DNA from: Lachnospiraceae bacterium
Lineage (GTDB): Bacteria > Bacillota > Clostridia > Lachnospirales > Lachnospiraceae
Assembly: GCA_024684675.1 (NCBI GenBank)
Contig: JAIKWO010000134.1
Location: 920 to 64,919 of the forward strand
DNA length: 64,000 nt
Direction of reading: 5' to 3'
Position numbers and translations under genes: made by a program. Position 1 is the stretch's first letter. Every line of letters starts with the position of its first letter. This document shows, one piece after another, positions 27,960 through 38,407 of this stretch. Below the pieces are notes generated by a model that searched no databases, was not told the origin of the DNA, and was given only the letters and a program-made list of their open reading frames with translations.

Positions 27960-30148
27960 AACTGATTTCTTGCCATATTGAAAACTTTGGTAAACTACAG
28001 AATTTTGACTATCAATTCCATGACGGAAAGAATGTGATCTGTGCAGATAACGGTTGGGGCAAGAGCACGCTGGCCGCTTTTATCCGTGTGATGCTCTTCG
28101 GCTTCGACCGTGACGGAAAGCAAAGCAAACTCGAGAATGAGCGTAAGCGTTATGCACCATGGCAGCGTGGCACATACGGCGGAACGCTTGTTTTTGAAGC
28201 GGACGGGAAGCGCTACCGGATCATGCGCACCTTTGATGAAAAAAAGGCGGCAGGTGATCACTTCGCACTTTATGACGATGCAACGAATCTGGAGTCGAAT
28301 GCCTTTTCGTCTGCTGTCGGCCCGGAACTTTTCGGGATCGATGCGGATTCTTTTGAGCGAACGGTTTTTATCGGTCAACAGGCCGTGGAGACGGATACGA
28401 CACCGGATATCAATGCCAAGATCGGCAATGTGTCGGATGAGACGGCTGATATGGGACGGTACGATGATGCGTACGGGCGTCTTAAGAGAATGACGGATCA
28501 GCTTACGCCGCATCGCGCGACAGGTCAGCTCAAGAAACTACGGAGTTCGATCGAACTTCTGAAGAATACCGTACGGAACAAAGATGCGGTTATGTCGGCG
28601 ATCGAAAAGCTTCGTGCGGATATTGCGACGCGCAAGGAATCGGTTCACTCCGATGAAGATGCACTTAAAACGGTGCAGGAACGCCTGACTTCGCTTAGCA
28701 CCGCAAAGGAGCTTTTGGCAGAGGCAAAGCAGTATGAGATGCTGCAGGATGACGCTAAGAAGGCGTCAGAGGCAGCAAAAGAAGCGCGCGCTTTTTTCCC
28801 GGGTGAAGTACCGACCATGGAAGCGATCGCAGAAGCGGAGCAGTCGCTTGAACGGGCACGCGCTGACAGACAGTCGGCGGAGAATTTTGCACTCAGCGAA
28901 GAGGAGCAAAGAGTCCTGCGACGATTGACGGATCGATTTGCGGGCGAAGTGCCGGACGAATCCTACTATGCCGATATCAATGAGCGGCTGTGCGAGCTTA
29001 CGGCGTTGCAAGAGAAGAAACAGGGATCGGCATTTGTCGCATCGCCGATCGTTGGCGGCTTGCTTGCTGCTGCGGGTGCCATATCGGCAGTTCTGGCATT
29101 TGCACTGCCTTCGATTCGCGAGAGCGGACCGGTGCAGATCCTGTTGTTTACGGGGATCGGGGCGTTGCTTCTTGTTACGGGCATTTTGCTGATCCTGCAA
29201 AGCGCAAAGAGGGAGAAGGAACTGAAGAAGACGGCTGCTTTGATCAATGAGCTGCGCGAGGCGGAAAAGACCGGCCATGATGCTGAGAAGTACACGCGCT
29301 TAAAGCAGCAGAAGAAGCGTGCGAAGAAAGCCGCTGAGTCGGCAGATATAAAGGAAGAGTCGGTCAGACGATTTATCCGTGGCCTGCAGTTGGAAGTCAT
29401 GGATGATCACAAAGCGCAGCTTTCTTCCATCCGTGAACAGGCTTCGCAGATCGCGCTTCGCGGCAAGGAAGCGGAGGATCGCATGGAAGCCGTGATGGCA
29501 TTTGAAAAAACGCACGATGTCGGCAGATATCGCATTGTACGGGAAGCCGGTGAACATGAAGATTCCATGGAGGATCTAAACAGCCGCTTCGCAGAATTAA
29601 AAGACCGGATCGATCAGGAGAAGGAAACGCAGCGCGGGCTTTCTTTACAGCTTGAACAGTATCTTTCCGAGCAGGACGAGCTCGAAGAGCGGGAAGAGGA
29701 ACTGGAACAGCGCGAAGAGGAATATCGCGAACTGTCGCATCGATATGATGTGCTGACGAAGACGATGGTCTTTCTGGAGGCAGCGCGCACGAACTTTACG
29801 GCTCGCTACATGGATCCGATCAAACAGTCATTTGACCGCTACTACGGGCTGATCGCAGGTGACGACAGACGCTATGAGCTGGATGCGGCACTGGGTCTCA
29901 AGGTGCTTGAACAGGGAGAACTCAGAGAGATCGGTTACCTTAGTGAAGGCGCAAAAGATCTGGTGGGTCTGTGCAGGCGCATGGCGATGGTCGAGGCGAT
30001 GTACGGGCAGGAAAAGCCGTTTTTGATCTTTGATGATCCGTTTGTCAATCTGGATGACGAAAAGATTCGCGGCGCTGCAAAATTCCTGGATGAGATCGCG
30101 AATGACTATCAGATTCTGTACATTTCGTGCAGCAAAAATCGTGCATAA
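27956..30148 (+). CDS. YhaN/SbcC-like SMC-family ATPase with coiled coil and two central TM helices
   Basis: IENFGKL, Walker A NGWGKST, Q-loop FIGQ, signature LSEG, Walker B IFDDPFVNLD; ATGA overlap with the nuclease gene. Confidence 0.88.
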   Translation: MKLISCHIENFGKLQNFDYQFHDGKNVICADNGWGKSTLAAFIRVMLFGFDRDGKQSKLENERKRYAPWQRGTYGGTLVFEADGKRYRIMRTFDEKKAAGDHFALYDDATNLESNAFSSAVGPELFGIDADSFERTVFIGQQAVETDTTPDINAKIGNVSDETADMGRYDDAYGRLKRMTDQLTPHRATGQLKKLRSSIELLKNTVRNKDAVMSAIEKLRADIATRKESVHSDEDALKTVQERLTSLSTAKELLAEAKQYEMLQDDAKKASEAAKEARAFFPGEVPTMEAIAEAEQSLERARADRQSAENFALSEEEQRVLRRLTDRFAGEVPDESYYADINERLCELTALQEKKQGSAFVASPIVGGLLAAAGAISAVLAFALPSIRESGPVQILLFTGIGALLLVTGILLILQSAKREKELKKTAALINELREAEKTGHDAEKYTRLKQQKKRAKKAAESADIKEESVRRFIRGLQLEVMDDHKAQLSSIREQASQIALRGKEAEDRMEAVMAFEKTHDVGRYRIVREAGEHEDSMEDLNSRFAELKDRIDQEKETQRGLSLQLEQYLSEQDELEEREEELEQREEEYRELSHRYDVLTKTMVFLEAARTNFTARYMDPIKQSFDRYYGLIAGDDRRYELDAALGLKVLEQGELREIGYLSEGAKDLVGLCRRMAMVEAMYGQEKPFLIFDDPFVNLDDEKIRGAAKFLDEIANDYQILYISCSKNRA

Positions 30149-30234
30149 AAACTTGTCTGACAAATGGGCTGATTTTTCTCAAAGTTTTACAAAATGATGG
30201 ATTTCTCGTAAAAATATGTTATAATTTTTTTACC

Positions 30235-31401
30235 ATGACCAAGAAGAAGCTTGAGAAAAACAACATCCTGAATATGCTTATGCAGCTGAAGGGACCCGGG
30301 CTGATCGGTAAAGAGGGCGAGGACGGTATGATGGAGGCGATCTGGTTCTCGGACGATCTGTGCGGTCTAATAGGCGTTACTTTGGACACGTTTCAGAAAC
30401 TCATGCAGAACGAGTTCTATAATCCGATCCATCCGGAAGATGTCGCGTGCATGGCAGTTTTTTTGAAGTGGACGGGGCGGAGCGAGCATGCTGTCTTCCG
30501 TATTCTGGATATGGCCGGAAGATCGATCTGGCTGGATGCTGTTTCATCGCCGTATGAGATGGATTCCGGACGCTACACCTATATCAGGTGTACGGATATC
30601 ACGGAGCTGAAAGAGAATGAGCGGCGTCTTTCGGAAGACTGCCGGAATGCGCTCTACAGCTTCAGCCAGATATCCAATCAATACCGCGCTGTATCGCGCG
30701 TAAACCTGACGCAGAACAAGGTGCTGGAATCCTATGGTGAGAAATCCAAGGTCGATCATGGGATTGCAGACTACGAAGAGGTGGTAAAGGCATTTTCCAA
30801 GTATGTCGTACCTGCGGATCGGAACCGCTTTATTAAGGCATTTGATCGCAAGACGCTTCTTCGCAATGCAGCGGAAGGTATGACGGAAGAGTCGCTTGAC
30901 TACGTCAGCAGGCTTGAGGACGGTTCCTTTCTCTTCGAGAGAGGCGTTGTGACGCTTACCGTCGATCCGTTTTCGGACGAGGTGATCGGCTTCTTTACGG
31001 AGCTTGACCGATCGGAAGAGGTCTACGGTAATTTCAGTTTTCACACGATGCTGCCAAGTGTCTACGAATTTGTGATGCTGGTTGCGGACAATCATATGCA
31101 GCTACTGAAGTCTACGCAGGAGATCCCGCGCTGGTTCTATGAATATGTCGGCGGCGGGGATTATGAGAAATTCCTGGACGGGCTGGAAGAGATCATGGCG
31201 GAGGAGTGCGAGGCTGAAAAGCGCAGGTTCCTTCGACTGATGGAGCCGGAGACCGTGAGGCGTCGCCTCCGTGGCAGCAGCCGCTATTCGGTTGAACTCA
31301 AGCTATGCGTTAACGGCAGATCCTTTACCGCGCATTATGACTGGTTTGAGCTCAACGGAGCGGGCAATCAGTTCATCCTGGCCGTCAGCGAACATGAATA
31401 G
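30235..31401 (+). CDS. Cytoplasmic PAS-fold sensor protein without recognisable output domain
   Basis: WFSDDLCGLIG...IHPED...FRILD...WL PAS/PAC pattern plus further PAS-like repeats; start at ATG 30235, just after TGTTATAAT. Confidence 0.6.
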   Translation: MTKKKLEKNNILNMLMQLKGPGLIGKEGEDGMMEAIWFSDDLCGLIGVTLDTFQKLMQNEFYNPIHPEDVACMAVFLKWTGRSEHAVFRILDMAGRSIWLDAVSSPYEMDSGRYTYIRCTDITELKENERRLSEDCRNALYSFSQISNQYRAVSRVNLTQNKVLESYGEKSKVDHGIADYEEVVKAFSKYVVPADRNRFIKAFDRKTLLRNAAEGMTEESLDYVSRLEDGSFLFERGVVTLTVDPFSDEVIGFFTELDRSEEVYGNFSFHTMLPSVYEFVMLVADNHMQLLKSTQEIPRWFYEYVGGGDYEKFLDGLEEIMAEECEAEKRRFLRLMEPETVRRRLRGSSRYSVELKLCVNGRSFTAHYDWFELNGAGNQFILAVSEHE

Positions 31402-31411
31402 AGCAGAATAC

Positions 31412-31444
31412 GGAAGCACCGGCACTTTGCGGTGCTTCCTTTTT
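31412..31444 (+). terminator. Intrinsic terminator
   Basis: GGAAGCACCG / CGGTGCTTCC followed by TTTTT. Confidence 0.8.
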
Positions 31445-31500
31445 ATTTGTGCGTATGATAAAATAACGATTGGAAAATTTCCTGATTGAAGGGATCTGTC

Positions 31501-32481
31501 ATGGCGGCAAAGTCCAGATCGAAAGAAATCGACTGTATGCGCGGGACAGCGATCCTGATGGTCATGCTGTATCATTCGGTGATCGTTTTTCCGGTCAATC
31601 TTCACGAGATACGGTGGTGTCTTGACTTGCACACTTTTTTATGGGTGTTGCAGATGCCACTGTTTTTTTTGGTGTCCGGATACTGCTTTTCCTATTTTGA
31701 AAAGGGAGAGTCGTATGGTGCATATTTTCTCAAAAAATGCAAACGGATTCTCGTGCCGCACCTTGTGTTTTCGGCGATCGAGATCCTGCCGCGCGTGATC
31801 AGGAATCCGTATGTACATGAGCAAAAACCGATCGGCGATGTGCTGAGCGATTTCGTGTACTACGGCGGGAGCGACTGGTTTTTACGTGTCCTGTTTATGA
31901 TCGTGATCGTCTTTCCGCTTCTTGCAAAGCTCCTTGGGCGGGACATTCGCATTATTTTGCCTGTCTGCGCGCTGCTTTGGGCAGTCAAGACGGCTTTGCC
32001 GGGACTTTTTTTGATCGACATGACGGCCAATTATATGTTGTTTTTTGCAATAGGCTGGGCATTCCGCCTGGCGGGTGATCGCATTCGTGACCTGACGATC
32101 GGTCTTTTGATGCTGCTTGCATGTGCAGCCGGCGTGGGCGGTTTCTTTGCGCTCTATCTTGTGACCGAGAATCGGCTGGCAGAGCTTCTTTGCGTGCTTT
32201 GCTCATTCCCGGTATTCTACGGCTTATCAAAACGCATTTTCGCCGCCCTGCAGTCGTTTCTGGCAATGTGCGGCAAGTGGTCGCTTCAGATGTATCTGTT
32301 TGATGCATACGCCGTAGTGGCGACCAGAACGATTCTGGTCTCTTACATTGGTATTACGAACCCGTTTGCGATCATTTTAGGGAATTTCATTCCCGATGTT
32401 TGCATTGTGCTTCTTGTTTCCATATACATAGCCGGACGGTTTCGGCTTACCCGTTTCCTTTGCGGGGTTCCGAAAGGGTGA
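31501..32481 (+). CDS. Acyltransferase-3 family membrane O-acyltransferase
   Basis: R-x-x-x-IDCMRG...VMLYH, MPLFFLVSGY, KRILVP, WFL, GKWSLQMYL. Confidence 0.88.
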   Translation: MAAKSRSKEIDCMRGTAILMVMLYHSVIVFPVNLHEIRWCLDLHTFLWVLQMPLFFLVSGYCFSYFEKGESYGAYFLKKCKRILVPHLVFSAIEILPRVIRNPYVHEQKPIGDVLSDFVYYGGSDWFLRVLFMIVIVFPLLAKLLGRDIRIILPVCALLWAVKTALPGLFLIDMTANYMLFFAIGWAFRLAGDRIRDLTIGLLMLLACAAGVGGFFALYLVTENRLAELLCVLCSFPVFYGLSKRIFAALQSFLAMCGKWSLQMYLFDAYAVVATRTILVSYIGITNPFAIILGNFIPDVCIVLLVSIYIAGRFRLTRFLCGVPKG

Positions 32482-32523
32482 CGAAGGCGTGCTGTTTTCC
32501 ATAGAACAACCTAGAGGACAAAA

Positions 32524-33561
32524 ATGATATTACAGATATTGATATTGGCAGTATGCGCGCTGATCCTTCCGATCTGCCTTGGAATGCTGCCGGTACGCTT
32601 TATGAAAGAAGAGAATAAGACGGTCGGCATGCTGTGGGTGTGCGGCTGGTTTGAGATGCTGGGGCTTTTCCAGCTTTTGGCCGTGCCGTTCATCGTGGAG
32701 AAGGCGTCTTTTATGCTCCTTGTAAAAACGTACACCATTGTGATCTGTATTCTTGCCGCACTGTCGGTGGTGATCGCACATGATGTGGTCGTTGCCTGCA
32801 TTGACCGCATGAAGCAGTCCGCTATGGAAAAAAGTGCCCGCATCATTATGATTGCGGCATTTGCCATGATCATCGCTCAGATCATCGGCGCGTTTTTCAT
32901 GCAGTACCTGGACGGTGACGACGCGTTTTTTATCGGGACATCGCTGACAACGCAGCATACGGATACGATGTATATCTTCACGCCGTATTACGGCGCGAAC
33001 GGTGTATTGGATATCCGCCATGCATTATCGCCGGTTCCGATCTTTCTGGCATGGCTTTCGGAAGTTACGGGGATGCATGTGACGATCCTTTGCCACAGCT
33101 TTATCAGCATGATCTTTTTGGGGCTCATGTACTGCCTGTACGTGCAGGCGGCGGATCGCCTGTTTCCGCTTCAGAAGCGCAACAAATGGCTGTTTGTTTT
33201 CTTTATGAACTTGTGGTATCTGTTCGGCAATATTTCCATCTACAATGCCGAGAGTTTTGCATTTACAAGAACCTGGCAGGGCAAAGCGATGTTTGCCAAT
33301 CTCATTGTGCCGGCGTTGTTTTTGTGGATCATGCTGATCGCAAAAACGGAGATGGATGTCGGAGAATGGGCGATGCTGTTTCTGATCGTGATGAGTGCGA
33401 CACTGACGACCAGCACAGGCATTTTTACCGTTCCGATCCTGATGGTGCTCGCAACCGGCATTATTGCGATCAGACAGAAACGATATCTTTTGATCTTTCA
33501 GATCCTGGCGTGCCTGGTGCCGGCGGTATTCTACGGCATGCTGTATCTGTTCTTGAAATAG
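32524..33561 (+). CDS. DUF6077-like polytopic membrane protein (possible GT-C glycosyltransferase part)
   Basis: DGDDAFF acidic motif after the N-terminal TMs, TRTWQGKA, many TM helices; sits in a polysaccharide locus. Confidence 0.6.
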   Translation: MILQILILAVCALILPICLGMLPVRFMKEENKTVGMLWVCGWFEMLGLFQLLAVPFIVEKASFMLLVKTYTIVICILAALSVVIAHDVVVACIDRMKQSAMEKSARIIMIAAFAMIIAQIIGAFFMQYLDGDDAFFIGTSLTTQHTDTMYIFTPYYGANGVLDIRHALSPVPIFLAWLSEVTGMHVTILCHSFISMIFLGLMYCLYVQAADRLFPLQKRNKWLFVFFMNLWYLFGNISIYNAESFAFTRTWQGKAMFANLIVPALFLWIMLIAKTEMDVGEWAMLFLIVMSATLTTSTGIFTVPILMVLATGIIAIRQKRYLLIFQILACLVPAVFYGMLYLFLK

Positions 33562-33574
33562 ACGAGGGAACCGT

Positions 33575-34420
33575 ATGGGTGAAGCGATCCGGACAACACT
33601 GGATATCTACCGCAATTATGAGGGAACGGGATGTTTGCTGTTCCTGGTAAGTATCGCAGTCGTATATCTGTGGATGTTTGAAGAGAAAAAAGAGATCAGG
33701 ACCATACTCGTATATGTACCGTTTGGGATCATTGTGCTTTTCTTTTTCCCGCTGTTTTCGTACATATCGATGCGGTACTTTTTGGATGATCAGGTGTATT
33801 ATCGCCTGCTCTGGCTTATTCCGATGGGGCTGCTTGCCTGCTACGGGATCGTTAAGGTGATCAGCCGTTTAAATGTCCGCAAGAAGCGGATCATGGTGGG
33901 GACGCTCCTGGGACTGTTCCTTCTGGGAAGCGGGAATCTGATCTATGCAAACGATGCCGTTACCGTTACGAAGAATCTGTATCATCTGCCGCCGGAAGAT
34001 ATCGCCGTGGCGGATGTGATGCATGTGGACGGGCGGGACGTGAAGGCGGTCGTTCCGTCAGAGATGCTGCAGTTTATCCGTCAGTATGATGCTTCCATCA
34101 AGCTTGCGTACGGGCGTGAAGAGCTGATCGAAGGGTGGCGCAGTAATCCGTTTTATGATGCGATGGAATCGAATCCGGTCCGGACGTTTCTGATCACGGA
34201 CTATGCGATGCAGCAGGGCGTGGAATATATTGTTCTTCGATCCGGTACGCCGCTTGTCGGAACGAAGCCGATCAATAAATATCGTTTTTCATTTCTGACA
34301 AGTGCGTACAATTACGATATTTATATTTTCGAGGATGCGCCGTTTTTTGAGGAAAAGAAGCAGGAATACCGTGCGACTTTTGACGAAGACGTTTACGGCA
34401 ACTATACCTACAGAGATTGA
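33575..34420 (+). CDS. Membrane protein with C-terminal extracellular domain (partner of the DUF6077 gene)
   Basis: Four N-terminal TMs with YYRLLWLIP, then NLYHLP...IRQYD...YGR. Confidence 0.6.
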   Translation: MGEAIRTTLDIYRNYEGTGCLLFLVSIAVVYLWMFEEKKEIRTILVYVPFGIIVLFFFPLFSYISMRYFLDDQVYYRLLWLIPMGLLACYGIVKVISRLNVRKKRIMVGTLLGLFLLGSGNLIYANDAVTVTKNLYHLPPEDIAVADVMHVDGRDVKAVVPSEMLQFIRQYDASIKLAYGREELIEGWRSNPFYDAMESNPVRTFLITDYAMQQGVEYIVLRSGTPLVGTKPINKYRFSFLTSAYNYDIYIFEDAPFFEEKKQEYRATFDEDVYGNYTYRD

Positions 34421-34456
34421 TGCTTTGCATGATGTAAGGCAAGGAGGATACGGAAA

Positions 34457-35452
34457 GTGGAAAAGTTAAATACAGATTATACATACCTGATCACCGGTGG
34501 AGCCGGTTTTATCGGCTTTCACCTTTCAAGGGAGCTGCTTTCACGCGGCGCGAAGGTGGTCGGCTTTGATAATATGAATGCTTACTATGATGTGAAGCTC
34601 AAAGAGGATCGTCTTGCCATTCTGAAAGAGGATCCGAACTATGCATTCCAAAAAGGAGATCTCGCCGACCGGGCTGACGTGGAACAGGTTTTTGAGGCAT
34701 GCCATCCGGACGTCGTTGTCAATCTTGGCGCGCAGGCGGGTGTACGCTACAGCATTGATCATCCGGACGAGTACATTGAATCGAATCTGGTCGGCTTTTT
34801 CAACATTCTGGAAGCGTGTCGCAATCATCCGGTGAAGCACCTTGTGTTTGCATCTTCAAGCTCTGTGTACGGCGGAAACGACAAAGTTCCTTTCTCCACT
34901 TCCGATCAGGTGGATGAGCCCGTGAGTCTCTATGCGGCGACCAAAAAGTCAAATGAGCTGATGGCACACTGCTACAGCAAGCTTTATAACATTCCGTCGA
35001 CGGGGCTTCGTTTCTTTACTGTGTACGGACCGTTCGGACGTCCGGACATGGCGTATTTCAAATTTGCCAGGAAGATCGTGGATGGTGAGCCGATCCAGAT
35101 CTACAACAACGGCGATATGCTTCGTGACTTTACCTACGTTGATGATATTGTGACGGGGATCTGCAATATTCTGTGCAATCCGCCCGCAAAAAATGCAAAG
35201 GGCGTTGCTTATAAGATCTACAACATCGGGAACAACAGTCCCGTTAAACTGATGGATTTTATCACGACACTGGAGAAGTGTCTGGGCAAAGAGGCGGTCA
35301 AGGAGTATTATCCGATGCAGCCGGGTGATGTGTATCAAACCTATGCCGATGTGACCGACCTGATACGCGATTTTTCGTTTAAACCCGACACATCGATCGA
35401 AGAAGGGTTGACTAGATTTGTTCAATGGTTTAAAGAATACTACCAAGTATAA
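34457..35452 (+). CDS. UDP-glucuronate 4-epimerase (NAD-dependent epimerase)
   Basis: TGGAGFIG, LGAQAGVRYS, ASSSSVYG, YAATKK, RFFTVYGP-x-GRPDMA, MQPGDV. Confidence 0.9.
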   Translation: MEKLNTDYTYLITGGAGFIGFHLSRELLSRGAKVVGFDNMNAYYDVKLKEDRLAILKEDPNYAFQKGDLADRADVEQVFEACHPDVVVNLGAQAGVRYSIDHPDEYIESNLVGFFNILEACRNHPVKHLVFASSSSVYGGNDKVPFSTSDQVDEPVSLYAATKKSNELMAHCYSKLYNIPSTGLRFFTVYGPFGRPDMAYFKFARKIVDGEPIQIYNNGDMLRDFTYVDDIVTGICNILCNPPAKNAKGVAYKIYNIGNNSPVKLMDFITTLEKCLGKEAVKEYYPMQPGDVYQTYADVTDLIRDFSFKPDTSIEEGLTRFVQWFKEYYQV

Positions 35453-37430
35453 AAAAGCGTGCGGCATTCTTCTGATCTTTGTTTCCGTTTTGGGGCTGGG
35501 GTTCTTCCTTGCATGGTTTGGAACCCGCATTTTTGCCGATCGGAATATGCAGTATTCCGCCAGATGGACCGAAGAGGAGACGGAGCTTTACGTTCGTGTG
35601 CCGGTATCATTCCTGAAAAAAGAGCGTATCACGCTTCGTTATGATGACCGTATGGCGCGCTATATGTTGTTTCTTCCCGCTATGGCGAGGGAGGAGAGTA
35701 TCACATTTTATGATGCCGCCGGTGATCTGTTTGTGCTGGATGGCGCTACGCTGCCGGACGGTAAGGTATCGAACCTGCAAGAAGGACTGCACGCGCTGAC
35801 ACTATCCGGCAGTGACGGATCCCACAGTTCTAAGCAGTATGATCTGGAAGTGATGTACTCGTCCGATATTCGTACGATGTATATCTCTATGCAGAATGAA
35901 CAGAAAGCTTCTATGCTGGAATCACCCTATCTGCCTGAAGAGGGCGCTTATCTGACGATCTATGATGCAGCCGGCGACTTGATTGATGAAAGCGGCGTCG
36001 CATCCATGCGCGTTCGCGGGAACACATCTGCGGACTGGGCCAAGAAGCCGTTTCAGATCACACTGGCGCAAAGCAGAGATTTGTGCGGACTTGGCGACGG
36101 CATTCGCTGGAACCTTTTAAGCAATTGGTCGGATAAGACGCTTCTTCGTAATCAGGTTGCGCTTGGCATGGCGAAAGCGGGCGGTCTTCCTTTTACACCG
36201 GATGCGTGTTTTACGGATCTGTACCTGAATGGGGAATATATGGGATGCTACCAGCTTTGCGAGAAAGTTGAGATCGGCAAAGACCGTGTGGACATTACGG
36301 ATCTGGAAGCTTATACGATTCCGGACCGCAGCCTTCTGGAAAAGAAGAACAAGGCAGTTCGTGTAAGCGCTGATGGGGCTGTCACGGAGAATGGCATGCG
36401 GCTTATGGGATACGAAACGCAGCTCGGGACAGCCGATCTTTCAGGTGGGTATCTGCTGGAGATCGAGCGACCTTCGAGAATCGCCGACAGCATGAGCTAT
36501 TTTGTCACCAGAAACGGACAGCCGGTTACGGTTAAGAGCCCACAGATCGCTGACATCAATGAGGTGCGGTATATCGCCGGTGTATGGCAGACATTTGAAG
36601 ATGCGCTCTTTGCGGAAGACGGAAAGAATCCCGGAACCGGAAAAGCCTATACCGACTACATCGATCTTGACAGCTATGTGCGTAAATATCTGGTGGAGGA
36701 GATCACGCGCAACTATGACGCATCTTCCACGAGCCAGTATTTTTATAAAGAGCAAGGGGATGACCTGCTGCATGCGGGACCGGCGTGGGACTATGATATG
36801 AGTCTCGGCAATCCGATCATGTCGCCCCTTACGAACCTGAACTATATCAGTAGCGTATCGCCGACGGGTCTGTTTGCAGCGCTTCCCATGGATGATTTTT
36901 CGCTTTGGTCACATCTTTATGAGAAGCCGGATTTTGAAGCGCGTGTAAAAGAACTGTACCGTACGGACTTTCTTCCGTATTTGCAGGAACTTGCAGGCAG
37001 CTTACCGAAAGAAGCGAAGAAGTTGCACGATGCGACGATCATGGACGGCGTCCGTTGGGGACGTAACAAAGGTGAGACGGATGAGGAGCGCGAAGCGGTT
37101 CTTGCCGATGAAGTGGAGATTTTGCAGGATTTTCTCCAAAAGAGAGAGGCGTATCTGACGGGGTTCTGGCTTGACGGAAGAGAGAGTAAGCGTGTATACC
37201 TGGACGGCGGAGATGCCGACCAGTATGTCTCCTATGTGGAAAATCTGATCGGCGAGCCGCTGCAGGAGCCACCGGAGCCTCGGATGGAAGGCTATACTTT
37301 TAAAGAATGGTTAAACGGCTATACGCTTAAACCGTACGACTGGACAAAACCGCTGAATGATGAGCCGCTGTATTTGGTGGCATCCTATACAAACGATCAG
37401 GATGGGCGTATCCTGATCGCAGGGCAATAA
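35418..37430 (+). CDS. Membrane-anchored CotH-family kinase with C-terminal InlB B-repeat-like segment
   Basis: N-terminal TM; RGN...KKPF, WNLL...DKTLLRN, LYLNGEYMGCY...E, GPAWDYDMSLG; C-terminal P-x-x-P-x-x-EGYTF-x-x-W. The TTG start is uncertain. Confidence 0.85.
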   Translation: MFNGLKNTTKYKKACGILLIFVSVLGLGFFLAWFGTRIFADRNMQYSARWTEEETELYVRVPVSFLKKERITLRYDDRMARYMLFLPAMAREESITFYDAAGDLFVLDGATLPDGKVSNLQEGLHALTLSGSDGSHSSKQYDLEVMYSSDIRTMYISMQNEQKASMLESPYLPEEGAYLTIYDAAGDLIDESGVASMRVRGNTSADWAKKPFQITLAQSRDLCGLGDGIRWNLLSNWSDKTLLRNQVALGMAKAGGLPFTPDACFTDLYLNGEYMGCYQLCEKVEIGKDRVDITDLEAYTIPDRSLLEKKNKAVRVSADGAVTENGMRLMGYETQLGTADLSGGYLLEIERPSRIADSMSYFVTRNGQPVTVKSPQIADINEVRYIAGVWQTFEDALFAEDGKNPGTGKAYTDYIDLDSYVRKYLVEEITRNYDASSTSQYFYKEQGDDLLHAGPAWDYDMSLGNPIMSPLTNLNYISSVSPTGLFAALPMDDFSLWSHLYEKPDFEARVKELYRTDFLPYLQELAGSLPKEAKKLHDATIMDGVRWGRNKGETDEEREAVLADEVEILQDFLQKREAYLTGFWLDGRESKRVYLDGGDADQYVSYVENLIGEPLQEPPEPRMEGYTFKEWLNGYTLKPYDWTKPLNDEPLYLVASYTNDQDGRILIAGQ

Positions 37431-37444
37431 GAACGGAGGACAAT

Positions 37445-38407
37445 ATGAAACTGATCATTCAGATTCCCTGTTATAATGAGGCCGGAACGTTGGAGATTGC
37501 GCTGAATGCGCTTCCTAAGTCAATTCCGGGTATTGATACGATCGAGTATCTGATCATCAATGACGGCAGCCGTGACAACACGGTTGAAGTTGCGCGTAAC
37601 TGGGGCGTGCATCATATTGTAAGCTTTCCTTGCAACAAGGGGTTGGCGCGCGGTTTTATGGCAGGTCTCGATGCATGTTTGCGTCTTGGAGCCGATATCA
37701 TTGTCAATACCGATGCCGATAACCAATACTGCGCCGATGATATTGAGAAGCTGATCCGCCCGATTCTTGACGGGCTGGCGGAGTTTGTGATCGGTGCCCG
37801 TCCGATTGACGAGACGGCGCATTTCAGTCCGCTTAAGAAAAAATTGCAGCATTTCGGCAGTTTTGTTGTTCGGAAGGCATCCAAAACCGATATTCCGGAT
37901 GCACCGAGCGGATTCCGTGCAATGAGTCGCGAAGCGGCGCTTCATATGAACGTAATCAATGAATATACCTATACGCTTGAGACGATCGTACAGGCGGGGC
38001 GTAACCGCATGGGGATCACATCTGTTCCGATCAGAACCAACGCAGAGCTCCGTCCTTCGAGACTCTTTAAGAGCATGGCGGCCTATGTGAAGCGTTCCAT
38101 GCTGACGATCCTGCGCGCATTTATGATGTATCGTCCGCTGATCTGCTTTACGGTGGTCGGCGCGATCCCATTTCTGATCGGACTCGGAATCGGTATCCGA
38201 TATCTGGTATTCCTTTTTTCAGATGGCGGGTCCGGACACGTGCAGTCGCTGATTCTTGCCTGCACGCTCATTATCCTCGGGTTTATTACGTTCGTGATCG
38301 GTCTTCTTGCCGATACGGTAGCGGCGAATCGGAAGATTTTGGAAGATGTGCAATACCATGTCAGAAAGTTGGAATATGATCAGAAACAAAAAGAAGATAA
38401 TCATTAA
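37445..38407 (+). CDS. GT2 polyprenol-phosphate glycosyltransferase (DPM1/GtrB-like) with two C-terminal TMs
   Basis: IPCYNE, INDGSRD, NTDADNQY, SGFRA, then two TM helices. Confidence 0.88.
   Translation: MKLIIQIPCYNEAGTLEIALNALPKSIPGIDTIEYLIINDGSRDNTVEVARNWGVHHIVSFPCNKGLARGFMAGLDACLRLGADIIVNTDADNQYCADDIEKLIRPILDGLAEFVIGARPIDETAHFSPLKKKLQHFGSFVVRKASKTDIPDAPSGFRAMSREAALHMNVINEYTYTLETIVQAGRNRMGITSVPIRTNAELRPSRLFKSMAAYVKRSMLTILRAFMMYRPLICFTVVGAIPFLIGLGIGIRYLVFLFSDGGSGHVQSLILACTLIILGFITFVIGLLADTVAANRKILEDVQYHVRKLEYDQKQKEDNH

Noticed and set aside
26853..30148. Nuclease + ATPase pair considered as a named defence system (Gabija, Wadjet, Septu)
   Set aside because: The domains fit YhaO/YhaN, and there are no TOPRIM, UvrD, HNH or kleisin partners.
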